From: Corallochytrium limacisporum Hawaii
Taxonomy: Eukaryota > Protista > Pluriformea
Direction: 5' to 3'
DNA length: 64,000 nucleotides
Assembly: GCA_002811645.1 (NCBI GenBank)
Contig: PDIP01000014.1
Span: 62,001 to 126,000, forward strand
Position numbers and translations under genes: made by a program. Below are positions 33,449-43,715 of this stretch, one piece after another. How positions within the stretch are numbered: position 1 is the first letter of the stretch; each line of letters starts with the position of its first letter. Under the pieces are notes generated by a model. That model saw only the letters and a list, made by a program, of their open reading frames with translations. It was not told the DNA's origin and searched no databases.

Positions 33449-34588
33449 ATGCAAGATTTAAGTATGGTAGCCTCTACAGATACCCCCGTGACCCTTTGGA
33501 TTCGCGCCGAGGTAAAGCCGAAGGAGTTCCGGACTTCCCTTACCCCTGACGTGTGCAAGCGTCTCATTGAAGACGAGGGCTACAAGATTTACGTCGAGAA
33601 GTGGTCAGAGCGTTGCCTACCCGACGAGGAGTACGAGAAGGTCGGTTGTCAGATAGTTGATGCCGGAACATGGAAGACTGAGGCCCCTGAGGGAGCATAT
33701 GTCGTCGGCCTTAAGGAGTTGCCCGAAGAGGACACCCCGATCACTCAGAAGCACATCTTCTTTGCCCATTGCTTCAAGGGTCAGGATGGCTGGAAGGATA
33801 TTCTAGGCCGCTTTGCCCGCGGCAACGGAACTATCCTAGATCTGGAGTTCCTGACCGACGACAAGGGCAGGCGTGTAGCTGCCTTTGGATACATGGCAGG
33901 CTTCTGTGGTATGGCTCTGGGTCTCTTGGAATGGGCCCACAAGTGCATGAACCCCGGAGTAGAGTTCCCCAAGGTGGTACCCTATCCCAATGAGGACGTC
34001 CTAATTGGCGAAGTGAAGAAGCGGCTCGACGAGGTGAAGCAGGCCTACCCCGACAAAGGGCTGCCTCGGGTTTTGGTAATTGGTGCCCTGGGCCGCTGTG
34101 GTACTGGTGCCTGTGACTTTGCCGTGAAGGCTGGACTCCCAGAGGAGAACATTAGCCGCTGGGACATGGAAGAAACCAAGGCGGGAGGTCCATTTGTTGA
34201 TATTGCAAAGCACGACCTATTTGTCAATTGTATTTATCTCACGACCAAGATACCTCCTTTCATCGACCTTGATACCATCCGAAACACTGCGGGCCGCAAA
34301 CTTCAGACAGTGGTGGATGTAAGCTGTGATCCGAATAACCCGAACAATCCAGTGCCAATCTACAATGCCATCACATTCTTTGACAGTCCAACCACCAAGG
34401 TTGATGTAGCTGATCCTCCTTTGACTGTCATTGCAATCGATCACTTGCCTTCTCTTCTGCCACTGGAGAGTTCACAACGCTTCTCCCAAGATCTCGAGGA
34501 GACCATGAAGGACTTGAAGAACTTCGACGACTCGCCTGTTTGGCAGCGGGCGATCAAGCTCTTCAACGAGAAGAAGGCCGAACTCTGA
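33449..34588 (+). CDS. LYS1: Saccharopine dehydrogenase (NAD+, L-lysine-forming)
   Basis: LWIRAEVKPKEFR, GLKELP, HIFFAHCFKGQ, DLEFL..GRRVAAFGY.AG, IGALGRCG.GA, DVSCD and IDHLPSLLP.E.S. Confidence 0.95.
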   Translation: MQDLSMVASTDTPVTLWIRAEVKPKEFRTSLTPDVCKRLIEDEGYKIYVEKWSERCLPDEEYEKVGCQIVDAGTWKTEAPEGAYVVGLKELPEEDTPITQKHIFFAHCFKGQDGWKDILGRFARGNGTILDLEFLTDDKGRRVAAFGYMAGFCGMALGLLEWAHKCMNPGVEFPKVVPYPNEDVLIGEVKKRLDEVKQAYPDKGLPRVLVIGALGRCGTGACDFAVKAGLPEENISRWDMEETKAGGPFVDIAKHDLFVNCIYLTTKIPPFIDLDTIRNTAGRKLQTVVDVSCDPNNPNNPVPIYNAITFFDSPTTKVDVADPPLTVIAIDHLPSLLPLESSQRFSQDLEETMKDLKNFDDSPVWQRAIKLFNEKKAEL

Positions 34589-34673
34589 GACACCAATGGT
34601 TAGCATAACGGCTGTCTGATAATAAAATCCCTCACACTTACCGGAGATTCTTGATAGTACGAGTGCAAAAGCT

Positions 34674-37574
34674 TCAGGAGGCGGTTGCAATTTCCGATCG
34701 CATACGATCCATCACCATGAGCGCACGGGCCTTTTGGGATTTAAGCTCGTCTTCTAGGCGTTGGTTCTCAACAACAAGCTCTCGAAGTTCTTCATCCCTT
34801 TCGCGAATAAGACTTTCGTAGTCCCCCTTTGCTTCGCGTAGCTGTGCTGTCTCTGCCGAGAATTGATCCCTTTCACGATGACTTTGCTGCAACTGTTCCC
34901 GTGCCTGCGCCAGGTCTGTGGTCAACGCCTCGATGCGCTGGTCCCGCTCGGCAATCTTAGCTGTGAGCGCTTCCTTCATGGTGGTTCTGATTTCGGTAAT
35001 CTCGCGCTCGGCATGACCCAGCTGCTCTTTCTGTTGTTGCACAGTCAAGGCCAGTTCCTTATTGGCGCTGGTGAAGGATTCGATGCGGGCCTCTGCCTTG
35101 TCACGCTGTCGCTTGGCATCATCGTACTTCTCACGGATTTGATCGTATGTGCCCTGCAGTTCGCCGTGTTGATTCACTTCTGATGACAGAGCCTCACGGA
35201 GATCCTTCTTTTCTGCCTCAAGCACATCCAGCCTTTCGGACAGAGTCAGAATCTTTCTGTGGTAGGTCTTTAAGGTGATCCGTTCCTCCTCAAGCGTCTC
35301 TTCAACCGTTTTTTTGCTCTCTTTGGATTCATATAGCAATTTTTCGAGTTCCTTGACCCGCTCTGCAGTGTAGTGCCCTTCTGCATTCCTCAACTTTGAC
35401 TTCAGAGTATCCATGTCGGCCTCAAGTTCGTTGATCCGCCGGGTCTTATCCTTCGCTTCGTTGCGAAGTGTCTCCTGATTCTGCAATTCTACCAAATAAG
35501 ACTGTACCTTGGCCTCTAGTATCTGGACCCTGTCGGTACCGGTCTTCAGTGCAAGTCTCCTAGCTTCCGACAAACCCTGTACTTCCAATACAGCCTCGCG
35601 TAGCTCCTCCTCTAGATTGTCATAGGCCAAGCGACCATTCATGACCTCCTTAGATAACTGACTGTTCGCTTCTTGCAATCTGAGCAGCTCGTTCTGCATT
35701 GCTTGAGCATGGTCCTGGTTAGCCAAAATCTCACGATGATGTATCTCCCGCAGCTGTGTCAACTCGAGCCTCAGTTTGGCAATCTCCCGCTCGTTCTGTG
35801 CTAGTTGCGTATTCCAGTCCTCACTAGCGGCTGTGTAGCGTTCATCATTAGCCTTCGTGACTTGCTGAATCCGATCTTCGATGGCCTTTGTCAGTTTGCA
35901 GCGGAACTCGTCTTTCAGTCGCTCCATATGCTGTTGATGACTGACATGAGCAGAGTCCAGCTGGTTGTGAAGGTCCTTGATGGCGCGCTCATGATCCAAG
36001 TGTAACCACTCCTTTTTCTGATGCTCCACCTGGATTGCTTCTTTCAGACGGTCGATCTCACGTGTCTTCTCCCCTGACAAGCTCTCTGCTTCCTTGACCC
36101 GCAGATCCAGCTGCGTGTACTCCTCGCGAAGTTGTCCAAGAGTCTTGGATTGCACGGAATTTTGCTGTCGCTGTGCCTCCAACTGCAACCTCACGTTCTC
36201 CACTTTGTCCTTGAGAAGCTGAACTTTCGACTCCAATGATTCCTTCTCTTGCTGTAGAAAATCTGATTGGGTTTCCAGTCGTTCGTAATCTTTTCGAAGC
36301 TCTTGCATCATGTTTTTCTGCAGTTTTACTATCTTGTTGGCCCCCTGAAGTCCTTTGACCTGTTTGCGCAAGGAGTTGTTCTCCTCTTCCAACCTTTGAA
36401 TAACTCCGATGACAAGTTCTTTGGTGTCCCGATCAGTTTCTTGTTGCGACAAATACATCGATTCATGGACATCGGATGGGCGAGCACGGGCCGAGGATGT
36501 CATGGACACAATTTGAGGCGTCGGTACTCGATAATATTGCATGGATTCAAGCACATGTCTGTCCCGAGATGCCGGCTCACGGGCACTGTGGTGTCCCCTC
36601 GTGCTGTAGCTTCGCTCAGGGATCACATCATCGAGGTCGTGCACAGTAAGTTGTGTACTCCGCTCCCCCATGGCCGAGTGCGGTCTTGTTCGCACTGTGG
36701 AACCCTCATCAATATTTTCGTGACCGTCAACTTGCGGTGAGGACCCATGATGCTTAGCCAGAAGTACGTCAAGAACTGGGTAGCTGCGTTGAATGATGTC
36801 CTTGGCCTCCCCTGTGACAGACTTTGCAGCCTGTGACTTATTGACCGTTGATGGTGGATCTCCCTCCTGAGTCTTCCCCAGTACCTGCTTCGTCTGTGAA
36901 GAATCTTCTTCTGTTGAGACCATAAACTTCCTGATTGTTTTCTCAAACGTTAAGTTTACTACAGCAGTGCTGAATGTGTCTGACTTGAAGCGATTGTTTC
37001 TGTCCCGGCCATTGACGAAGACGAGGCGGGAAGTCAAAATTCGGAAAAGAACAGTTTCAAGATCGGGCACAGCCTGTTCAACAGGGTTTCCTCTTACCCA
37101 TATTTCCTTCAGTGCACGGTATCCGTCCAGAGCCTGCAGGTCTGCTACAGTTTTGACCTTGTTGTCTCGAAGATCCAAGTAGCGCAGATTGCCGCGTAGG
37201 CTGCTCCCCGTCGATTTGAGAGCCCGGATGTCACTAATGTTGTTGTATCCAAAGTTTCCATACTGCAGCCGTGGCAATTTCTCTATGCCATTGAGATCCC
37301 GGAGTCTGTTGCAAGCGATGTTCAAGATCTTGAGTGCACTGAGGTGCCTCAGGCCGTCCAAACTTTGCAAACTGTTTGAGCTCACATCTAGGTACACAAT
37401 TTGGTCACCATATGCTCTAATGCCACGTAGACTTGTGATTGAATTTCCATGCAGCCTCAGGATCCATGTCTGGGCCGCGTTCCAGTCATCGGGATAAGGA
37501 ACCTCCCGATGTCCCTGGAGAGACAGGTTTACGTCCCGGCTGCCTTCTTCTTGGTCCTTCTGTTCCGCGACCAT
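34674..37574 (-). CDS. LRRCC1: LRR plus coiled-coil centriolar protein, LRRCC1/Vfl1-like
   Basis: N-terminal SDS22-type LRRs (LHGN, LDVSSN, LNIACN, YNNI, LRYLDL..GNPV) followed by a very long coiled coil. Orthology is inferred from motif resemblance. Confidence 0.6.
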   Translation of the reverse strand: MVAEQKDQEEGSRDVNLSLQGHREVPYPDDWNAAQTWILRLHGNSITSLRGIRAYGDQIVYLDVSSNSLQSLDGLRHLSALKILNIACNRLRDLNGIEKLPRLQYGNFGYNNISDIRALKSTGSSLRGNLRYLDLRDNKVKTVADLQALDGYRALKEIWVRGNPVEQAVPDLETVLFRILTSRLVFVNGRDRNNRFKSDTFSTAVVNLTFEKTIRKFMVSTEEDSSQTKQVLGKTQEGDPPSTVNKSQAAKSVTGEAKDIIQRSYPVLDVLLAKHHGSSPQVDGHENIDEGSTVRTRPHSAMGERSTQLTVHDLDDVIPERSYSTRGHHSAREPASRDRHVLESMQYYRVPTPQIVSMTSSARARPSDVHESMYLSQQETDRDTKELVIGVIQRLEEENNSLRKQVKGLQGANKIVKLQKNMMQELRKDYERLETQSDFLQQEKESLESKVQLLKDKVENVRLQLEAQRQQNSVQSKTLGQLREEYTQLDLRVKEAESLSGEKTREIDRLKEAIQVEHQKKEWLHLDHERAIKDLHNQLDSAHVSHQQHMERLKDEFRCKLTKAIEDRIQQVTKANDERYTAASEDWNTQLAQNEREIAKLRLELTQLREIHHREILANQDHAQAMQNELLRLQEANSQLSKEVMNGRLAYDNLEEELREAVLEVQGLSEARRLALKTGTDRVQILEAKVQSYLVELQNQETLRNEAKDKTRRINELEADMDTLKSKLRNAEGHYTAERVKELEKLLYESKESKKTVEETLEEERITLKTYHRKILTLSERLDVLEAEKKDLREALSSEVNQHGELQGTYDQIREKYDDAKRQRDKAEARIESFTSANKELALTVQQQKEQLGHAEREITEIRTTMKEALTAKIAERDQRIEALTTDLAQAREQLQQSHRERDQFSAETAQLREAKGDYESLIRERDEELRELVVENQRLEDELKSQKARALMVMDRMRSEIATAS

Positions 37575-37991
37575 GGTTGGTCCTCACATTTAGCTCTCGA
37601 TCATTGTAAACGAGTCACAATATTGGCGTTGTCCCTTCAGATCATCGTAGGGTACATTTTCCCGGACGTTCGTCAATGCTGCTGTTGCTTCAGTGTGAAA
37701 TACCAAGGCCGGCAAGAGACTCGCATCGCGGGAGGAAAAAAGTGCGGGAGGGAGGTGCTTGCAAACCTAGAGAGGCCCCCGATGAACTCTGCGCGCCAGA
37801 AAATGAGACTAGGAAGGGTGGCACGGGAGTCAATTTATGTAGCGTCCCGTTGAACGGGAACTCCCCCCGGGGGGGGGGGGAAATGAAGCTACTCGGATCA
37901 AATCAATACTCCGGCCCGATTGATGAGCAAGCGGAACACTGAGTTTGTGAACGACAGTATGGCGTGTATTGCAAGCCATGTGTGGTGGTGC

Positions 37992-39560
37992 TTATGACGA
38001 CATCGACAGAGAGGCAGGCCGAAAGGTGAGTGGAAGACCGCTAGCCTTGTAGCCTAAAGTGACAGAAAATGCTTCAACAAGCTCGGATTCATCCTTCCAA
38101 GCGGGTTCAATGTCAAAGGCACAAACGATGCGGCCAATCACAACGGCCATCTCTGTCAGGGCAAACTTAAATCCGATGCAACTCTGGGGCCCATGGCCGA
38201 AAGGGAAGAATGTGCCAGGAATCTTGGGCTGAGGATTCTTTTCGTCGAGCCACCGCTCGGGTAGGAACTCTCGGGGACGATCCCAGTATTTTTCGTTGTT
38301 GTGAACGCTCTGGAAGCAGAGCGCTGCTGTCGCACCGGCGGGCAGGACCCAGCCCGATGGCAAAGTCATGGTCTTTACAATCTCCCTGCCAGTGAATGGT
38401 GTGACGGAGAAACACCGTTGCGTTTCTTTGATGATGGCATCTATCCATTTGAGTCGAGATAGATCTTCCCACTGCAGTTCTCGGGTAAAGTCATCCGTGA
38501 CTTCGCGCATCTCCTCACGTACCTTTTGGACAAGGTGCGGACGTTCAGCAAGTGCCCTAAGAATGTAGCCCATGGTGTTGCCACTGGTTTCATGACCTGC
38601 GGCAAAGAACATTTGCGCCTCATCTACGATCTCATCAACGGTTGCGTTTTCAATGCGTGCCGAATGGATGAGGAGGCTGAGGACATCACGTCGTCGCTGA
38701 AGGGATTCGAGAACTTTTTCTTCATCTCCATTGGGCTTTTCATGGAGACCATTTGGAAAGTCCTGAGCAATGCGCTCATCGACGATGCGTTTGATCATAT
38801 TACGATACTCTGTCAACTCACGAAAACCTCGGTTACCATGAACCAGTGGCTGGGCCCATACAGGCAATCCAGTGCTGCGCATGACGCAGTGAACTACATC
38901 ATCCGACCGGCGGGCAAATTCAGTATCTGGATTATTCAGGGTGTCCAGTTTCCAGCCGAAGACGGTCTCTAGCATAGTATCCAGTGCAATTAAGCAAGTG
39001 TACTTGTGGGCATCGACAGTGACACTGGGTCTGCTTGAGTACACGACGTCCGCTTCCAATTTGTCGTTCATCAGTCATACAAAGCGACCAGAAACATCCT
39101 CCGCGGTGGCTAGGACCGGTTTCAGGGCGGTTACTGAGAATGCTGGCACCAACATTCTCCTGTGGCGCCGCCAGACGTCTGATTCTGCCATCAGAAGACC
39201 TGTTGGCGCAAACTTGGTGAATAAATACTTGATATCGTACAATCTGCGTGTGGGACCATCGCCTGCAACATTCTTAAGGACAAAGCAGATATCTTTTGGA
39301 TCTGACAGAAAGTAGCTTCGTCGGCCCCAAAACAACTGAAACCTGGCATGGTCTCCATACTTTTCGACGATTCTATGAATGAAGGTGTGGATCTGAAACT
39401 TAAGGGTGGCTCTTTGTGCTCTCTTGACGTAGATGTACCACGCACCCCAAGAGTCTGGTCCCCTCCACTTTGGCCCTGCTCTTTCCTGTGCGCGTTGCTC
39501 AAGCCATTGGCGGAAGAGGAAGGCAAAGACCACCCCACAGACCAAGACATACACGATCAT
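37992..39560 (-). pseudogene. Cytochrome P450 with a single in-frame TGA (pseudogene, readthrough or sequence error)
   Basis: ORFs 39075-39560 and 37992-39071 are in one frame: ..CGC TTT GTA TGA CTG ATG.. = RFV*LM. The TM anchor, WRRHRR, AGHET, ExxR, PERW and FGHGPQSCIG motifs are all intact. Confidence 0.85.
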
Positions 39561-40747
39561 GGCCGAAAGACAAAAAGGAAACCAATTCGATTGCAGTCTA
39601 TAGCCTTAGCATCTGGAGATAGAAGTGTATCCAAGCTGTCCTTGCTAATGCTGCCAGTCACTAGATACCTACCTGTTGTGCCCACTCTTTGGCGCCCGTG
39701 AGTGTTCGTTGTTCCACATCATTGTCTGCTGATGTGTTCCTGTCCAACTCCACTTGTAACCTACCCCGAGCCACACCCGAACCCGTCCATACGCAGATCC
39801 GCACTCCTCTGCGTTCCCATGTCAATCCCCAATTCGTCCAGCAATGGTATGTATTGTACGGTTATCCTTGAGGCGAAAAGTGCTCTCCGTATAAATGTAA
39901 CGCCGGCGGTGTCTTTGCCTTTGCCGGCACAGCCCTTCCATTTCCCCTCCTTTTCCCCCTTCTCTCCGGTAGTAGCGGAACCCTCTGGTTCAGCAGATCG
40001 AAGAAGCTATCCGAGGGCGGGCAGGGACAACCTCAGGCACAGCAGGGTACGCCGAGTAGAATTTGTACTGAAAGTAGCCCTCCCCCGTGTTCTTGGGCGG
40101 CCTTTGTGACACGTACGCAGCCCGTCCCGTTGAAACGGGAGAAGAGGAGGAGATACCGAAATGGACACCGCAGCAGCCCGAGGCGCCGAGAGGGAGCCCA
40201 GAGCTACTGGAAATTCTCGGTCCAACGGCAAGAGAACATTCCTGCAGCGGCACAGCACGGCAACGGGAGCGTACGCCGGTTTCGCGGTTTTTACCTGTGC
40301 GCAGTGTGGCCAGGTACCGAAGTATTTGGCCTACAAACTATTCATCCTGCTCAGGATTTCAATACAAGAAACTGCGTACCCCAGACAGAGCGGATGACGG
40401 TCCCACGGTCCATCAGTACGTGGAAATCATGTGGTTGGCAAGGATGATTTCGTGGCAATATTACCTGAAGGCGATGTCTAATATGCGGCACCTCAGCATG
40501 CCCACTTGGGCATTGGCCAGGTCAGCCCGGGGGTCTTTTTTTTTTATGAAGAGTAAACACAAACAATATGATCAATAATTGCAATTAATATTGATCTACA
40601 TACGCCTGCCAATCGCTCGGCGGGGAGAGGGGGCAGGACTAGGGGCATATCCAACCAGACTTGTATACACCCATGGCACTTGGAAAGTATTGTATTATCG
40701 TTTTGAATTGTACTCACTATAGCCACATTGAAACTAGGTGGTCATCT

Positions 40748-41728
40748 TCAGGCTTTGATTTCCTCACTATTGCTGGCATTGGCTTCGCCACCGTTGCCGT
40801 GCTCGGGGTACTGCCACAGGCCGTACGGTTGTCCGACATTGGTCTGCCACAGTCGGACCGTGCCATCTTCCGATCCAGATGCGTAAATCTCGCCGTCAGG
40901 AGAGAAGCGCACACAGTGAACCGGTCCATGATGCCCCTTGTAGACTTCCAGCTCTTCACCACTTTCGTAATCCATCACGTGGAGGTAGAAATCCTCGCCG
41001 CCCACAACAAACTTCTTGCCATTCGGGTGCCAGTCCGCTGAGTTCACAGGGCTCTTGATGTCGACAGTCTTGATGTGGGATAAATCTTGCGCACTATAGA
41101 ATCCAACAGAGTTACCGTGCGCAGCAAGGACAGTCTGACGATCCTGCGTGAGCGTGAGGCCCTTCACGGGTCCAGGCACTTCCACTGTCTTGACATTCTC
41201 GAGGGTGCCGGCATCCCAAAGTTTCAATGTTTTGTCTTCGCTGCCACTCAGCCAGAGCGCATCGTTTACAGTGTATATATTCTTTACCACTCCTGTGTGT
41301 CCCGCGACTTCGACAATAGGATTTTCAGGGTTGTCAAGGTCGAAAAGACGCATTTTTTTGTCTTGGCACGCAGTTACCACCTTAGAAGCATCGATTGTGA
41401 ATGAGACCGCCCGAACAATGTGTTTATGCGGAAGAGACATCATTTCTTCGCCAGTGACTGCGTTCCACACCTTACAGCTGAAGTCAGCACTGCCAGTGAC
41501 AGCCTTCGTAGCGGTGCGGTCCACCTTTGCCGACCATACTGCGCCCTTGTGACCCTGGAAGGTACCAACCCAGTCTCCGGTATCCCCTTTGCGGAGCATG
41601 GGCAGACCGTCCTTGCAAGCAGAAATAATGAAGAAGCCATCTTCGGTAGTGTCGCTGTAGTCCAGGTCCACCACAGGGCGAGTGTGACCGTGACATGTCA
41701 GAGGCGTTTGCCGAGCCGTTGCTGCCAT
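40748..41728 (-). CDS. STRAP: Serine-threonine kinase receptor-associated protein (STRAP/UNRIP), WD40
   Basis: QTPLTCHGHTRPVVDL, SACKDG.PMLR.GDTGDWVGTF.GHKGAVW and YASGSEDGTVRLWQT. Confidence 0.95.
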   Translation of the reverse strand: MAATARQTPLTCHGHTRPVVDLDYSDTTEDGFFIISACKDGLPMLRKGDTGDWVGTFQGHKGAVWSAKVDRTATKAVTGSADFSCKVWNAVTGEEMMSLPHKHIVRAVSFTIDASKVVTACQDKKMRLFDLDNPENPIVEVAGHTGVVKNIYTVNDALWLSGSEDKTLKLWDAGTLENVKTVEVPGPVKGLTLTQDRQTVLAAHGNSVGFYSAQDLSHIKTVDIKSPVNSADWHPNGKKFVVGGEDFYLHVMDYESGEELEVYKGHHGPVHCVRFSPDGEIYASGSEDGTVRLWQTNVGQPYGLWQYPEHGNGGEANASNSEEIKA

Positions 41729-42602
41729 GTTGCTATTTTAACTAGTTTTCCTTTCGAACGTGAATGGAATCTTTCATTGTTACCGTCATGCTCTGATCGC
41801 AAAATTCTAAATACCTATTCCACAGTGTCCGTTCTATTTTATTTCCTTTTGTTGGAATGTGTGGCCCTTGTCCGAGAACTCACTTCGTCTTCTCCACCAC
41901 ACTGTTGCGGTAAGAGATGTACCCCCCTGGCCCGTCGTCCTGTTGAATGCGGCGGCAGGTGCAAAATCATCGCCCTCTTTCGCCCACCCCATCATTGAAG
42001 ACCTGGTGGGTCCGGAGCACCCCACCCACCCCTTCCGGGCTTTCTCTGTCTGCAACCCCCCCCCCCTTCGTCTTGGCTGAGACGCCCCCCTTCTCCCATA
42101 GTCCCAGCCTGAACAGTCCCCACGTTCCCTTGCGGCGACTGGCACGGGCGTACTACGGGACACTGGCCAGCCCACCGAGCAAACAATCAAACATGGCCTT
42201 CCTCCCCACCTTTCGGCTTCACCCACAGCGGTCGCCGGGCATATGCTTGCGTGCAATGCACCTGGAAGAAAATGTTTGTTGCCCCTACCCCACTTGGGGA
42301 GTTTAACTTTTACCTTTTTTTTTTTGCATCGCCGCGACAAGCTGAATTTTCGGCAGGGGAACGATTAGATGCGAGTGGAAATAAAGGCATTACACTATGT
42401 GTTGCCCAAAAAGTTTAATCACCCTACACCGCACGCGCCCCCGGAGGAGGGCAAAGAATTGATCTATACCAGATGAGATATTGATTTATTGCGATGCAAC
42501 TAAGGAGGAAAAAAAAAAGAAAAAGCCATTGGCGTGGCCGGCTTTCATGCGTTCCGTGGTTAAAGGGACACTTTCCGTGGCCAGTTGAGCATTTCATCCA
42601 TG

Positions 42603-42605
<3 letters not shown>

Positions 42606-42638
<33 letters not shown>
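42606..42638. repeat. (TG)n microsatellite
   Basis: Visible dinucleotide run. Confidence 0.9.
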
Positions 42639-42643
<5 letters not shown>

Positions 42644-42800
42644 TATGTGCGTGTGTGATTCGCCGGAGAAACAGAAGGCTACAAAGGAAGGAGTGCCACC
42701 AAGGATCAACAGGCCACTGATATGGATCACTGAGGACCGCATACAGTCCAGACAGCAAGACAAAGGAAAACACAATGAGATTGAGAACTGAAGTAAAAAC

Positions 42801-43520
42801 ATGTCAACGCAGGATCACCAGCAACAGCCAGAGTTTCTGAAGGGACTCAAGGTGGAGCGACAGGGTGCAGAGGCGCGCTTGTATTTCACAACATTCGGCA
42901 ACAGAAAATGCGTGCTCAAAGAACGCCTGGCCAAACCTTGGCGGCACCCAGTGCTTGACCGCAAGATTCGCAAGGGACGACTCTTGCACGAGGCACGGTG
43001 CATCCTCAAGGCGAAAAAGGCCGGCGTGGCAGTGCCTGCCATTTTCCACGTCAGTCCGGCCGTGGGGTGCCTGTGGATTGAGTACATTGGTTGCCCGACG
43101 GTGCGGGACCACCTCCGACAATTCCAACACAGTGACACTCCGGAGACGGCGCAGGAGGTTGAGCGGGTTGGCAAGGCACTCGGGCGGGCTGTAGCCAAAC
43201 TACACGCCTTTGAGATCATGCACGGTGACCTGACGACATCAAATGCACTGTGGGATGCGGATACAGCAGATGTCATTATGATTGATTTCGGTCTCAGTGC
43301 CATCACAACCAGCGCAGAAGACAAAGGTGTGGACCTGTACGTCCTTGAACGCGCAATCCGCAGTACGCATCCCACCCTCGAACTGTTTGACCATGTTATT
43401 AGCGCATACTCCATGGCCAGTGAGGCCATGGATGACGTCAAGGCCGCGGAAGCCAAGACGGCCATTGCCCGCTTTGAGGAGGTGCGCTTACGCGGACGCA
43501 AGCGAACCATGGTGGGGTAG
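42801..43520 (+). CDS. TP53RK: KEOPS kinase Bud32/TP53RK
   Basis: QGAEA, K.WRHPVLD, HGDLTTSN, IDFGL, EDKGVDLYVLERA..STHP and EVRLRGRKRTMVG. Confidence 0.95.
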   Translation: MSTQDHQQQPEFLKGLKVERQGAEARLYFTTFGNRKCVLKERLAKPWRHPVLDRKIRKGRLLHEARCILKAKKAGVAVPAIFHVSPAVGCLWIEYIGCPTVRDHLRQFQHSDTPETAQEVERVGKALGRAVAKLHAFEIMHGDLTTSNALWDADTADVIMIDFGLSAITTSAEDKGVDLYVLERAIRSTHPTLELFDHVISAYSMASEAMDDVKAAEAKTAIARFEEVRLRGRKRTMVG

Positions 43521-43715
43521 AGCCAAACGGAGTGTAACGGCCACCACGCCTGCTTACCGGGCCCAAGGCAAAGAGGAAGGCCTTCTATAGATTACATTTA
43601 TATTTCTTTAACGCATGGTAATTCTTGTTCTTCTTCTTTATGATCATCAGTGTCCATTTCACATGATGATGCTCCAAAGAACCACACCCCCGAGGGCGGG
43701 GGGGCGCCAAGGTTC

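Noticed and set aside
39075-39077. Selenocysteine or genetic-code reassignment for the CYP TGA
   Set aside because: The position is not a Cys-homologous catalytic site, I recognised no SECIS, and TGA terminates several other genes here.
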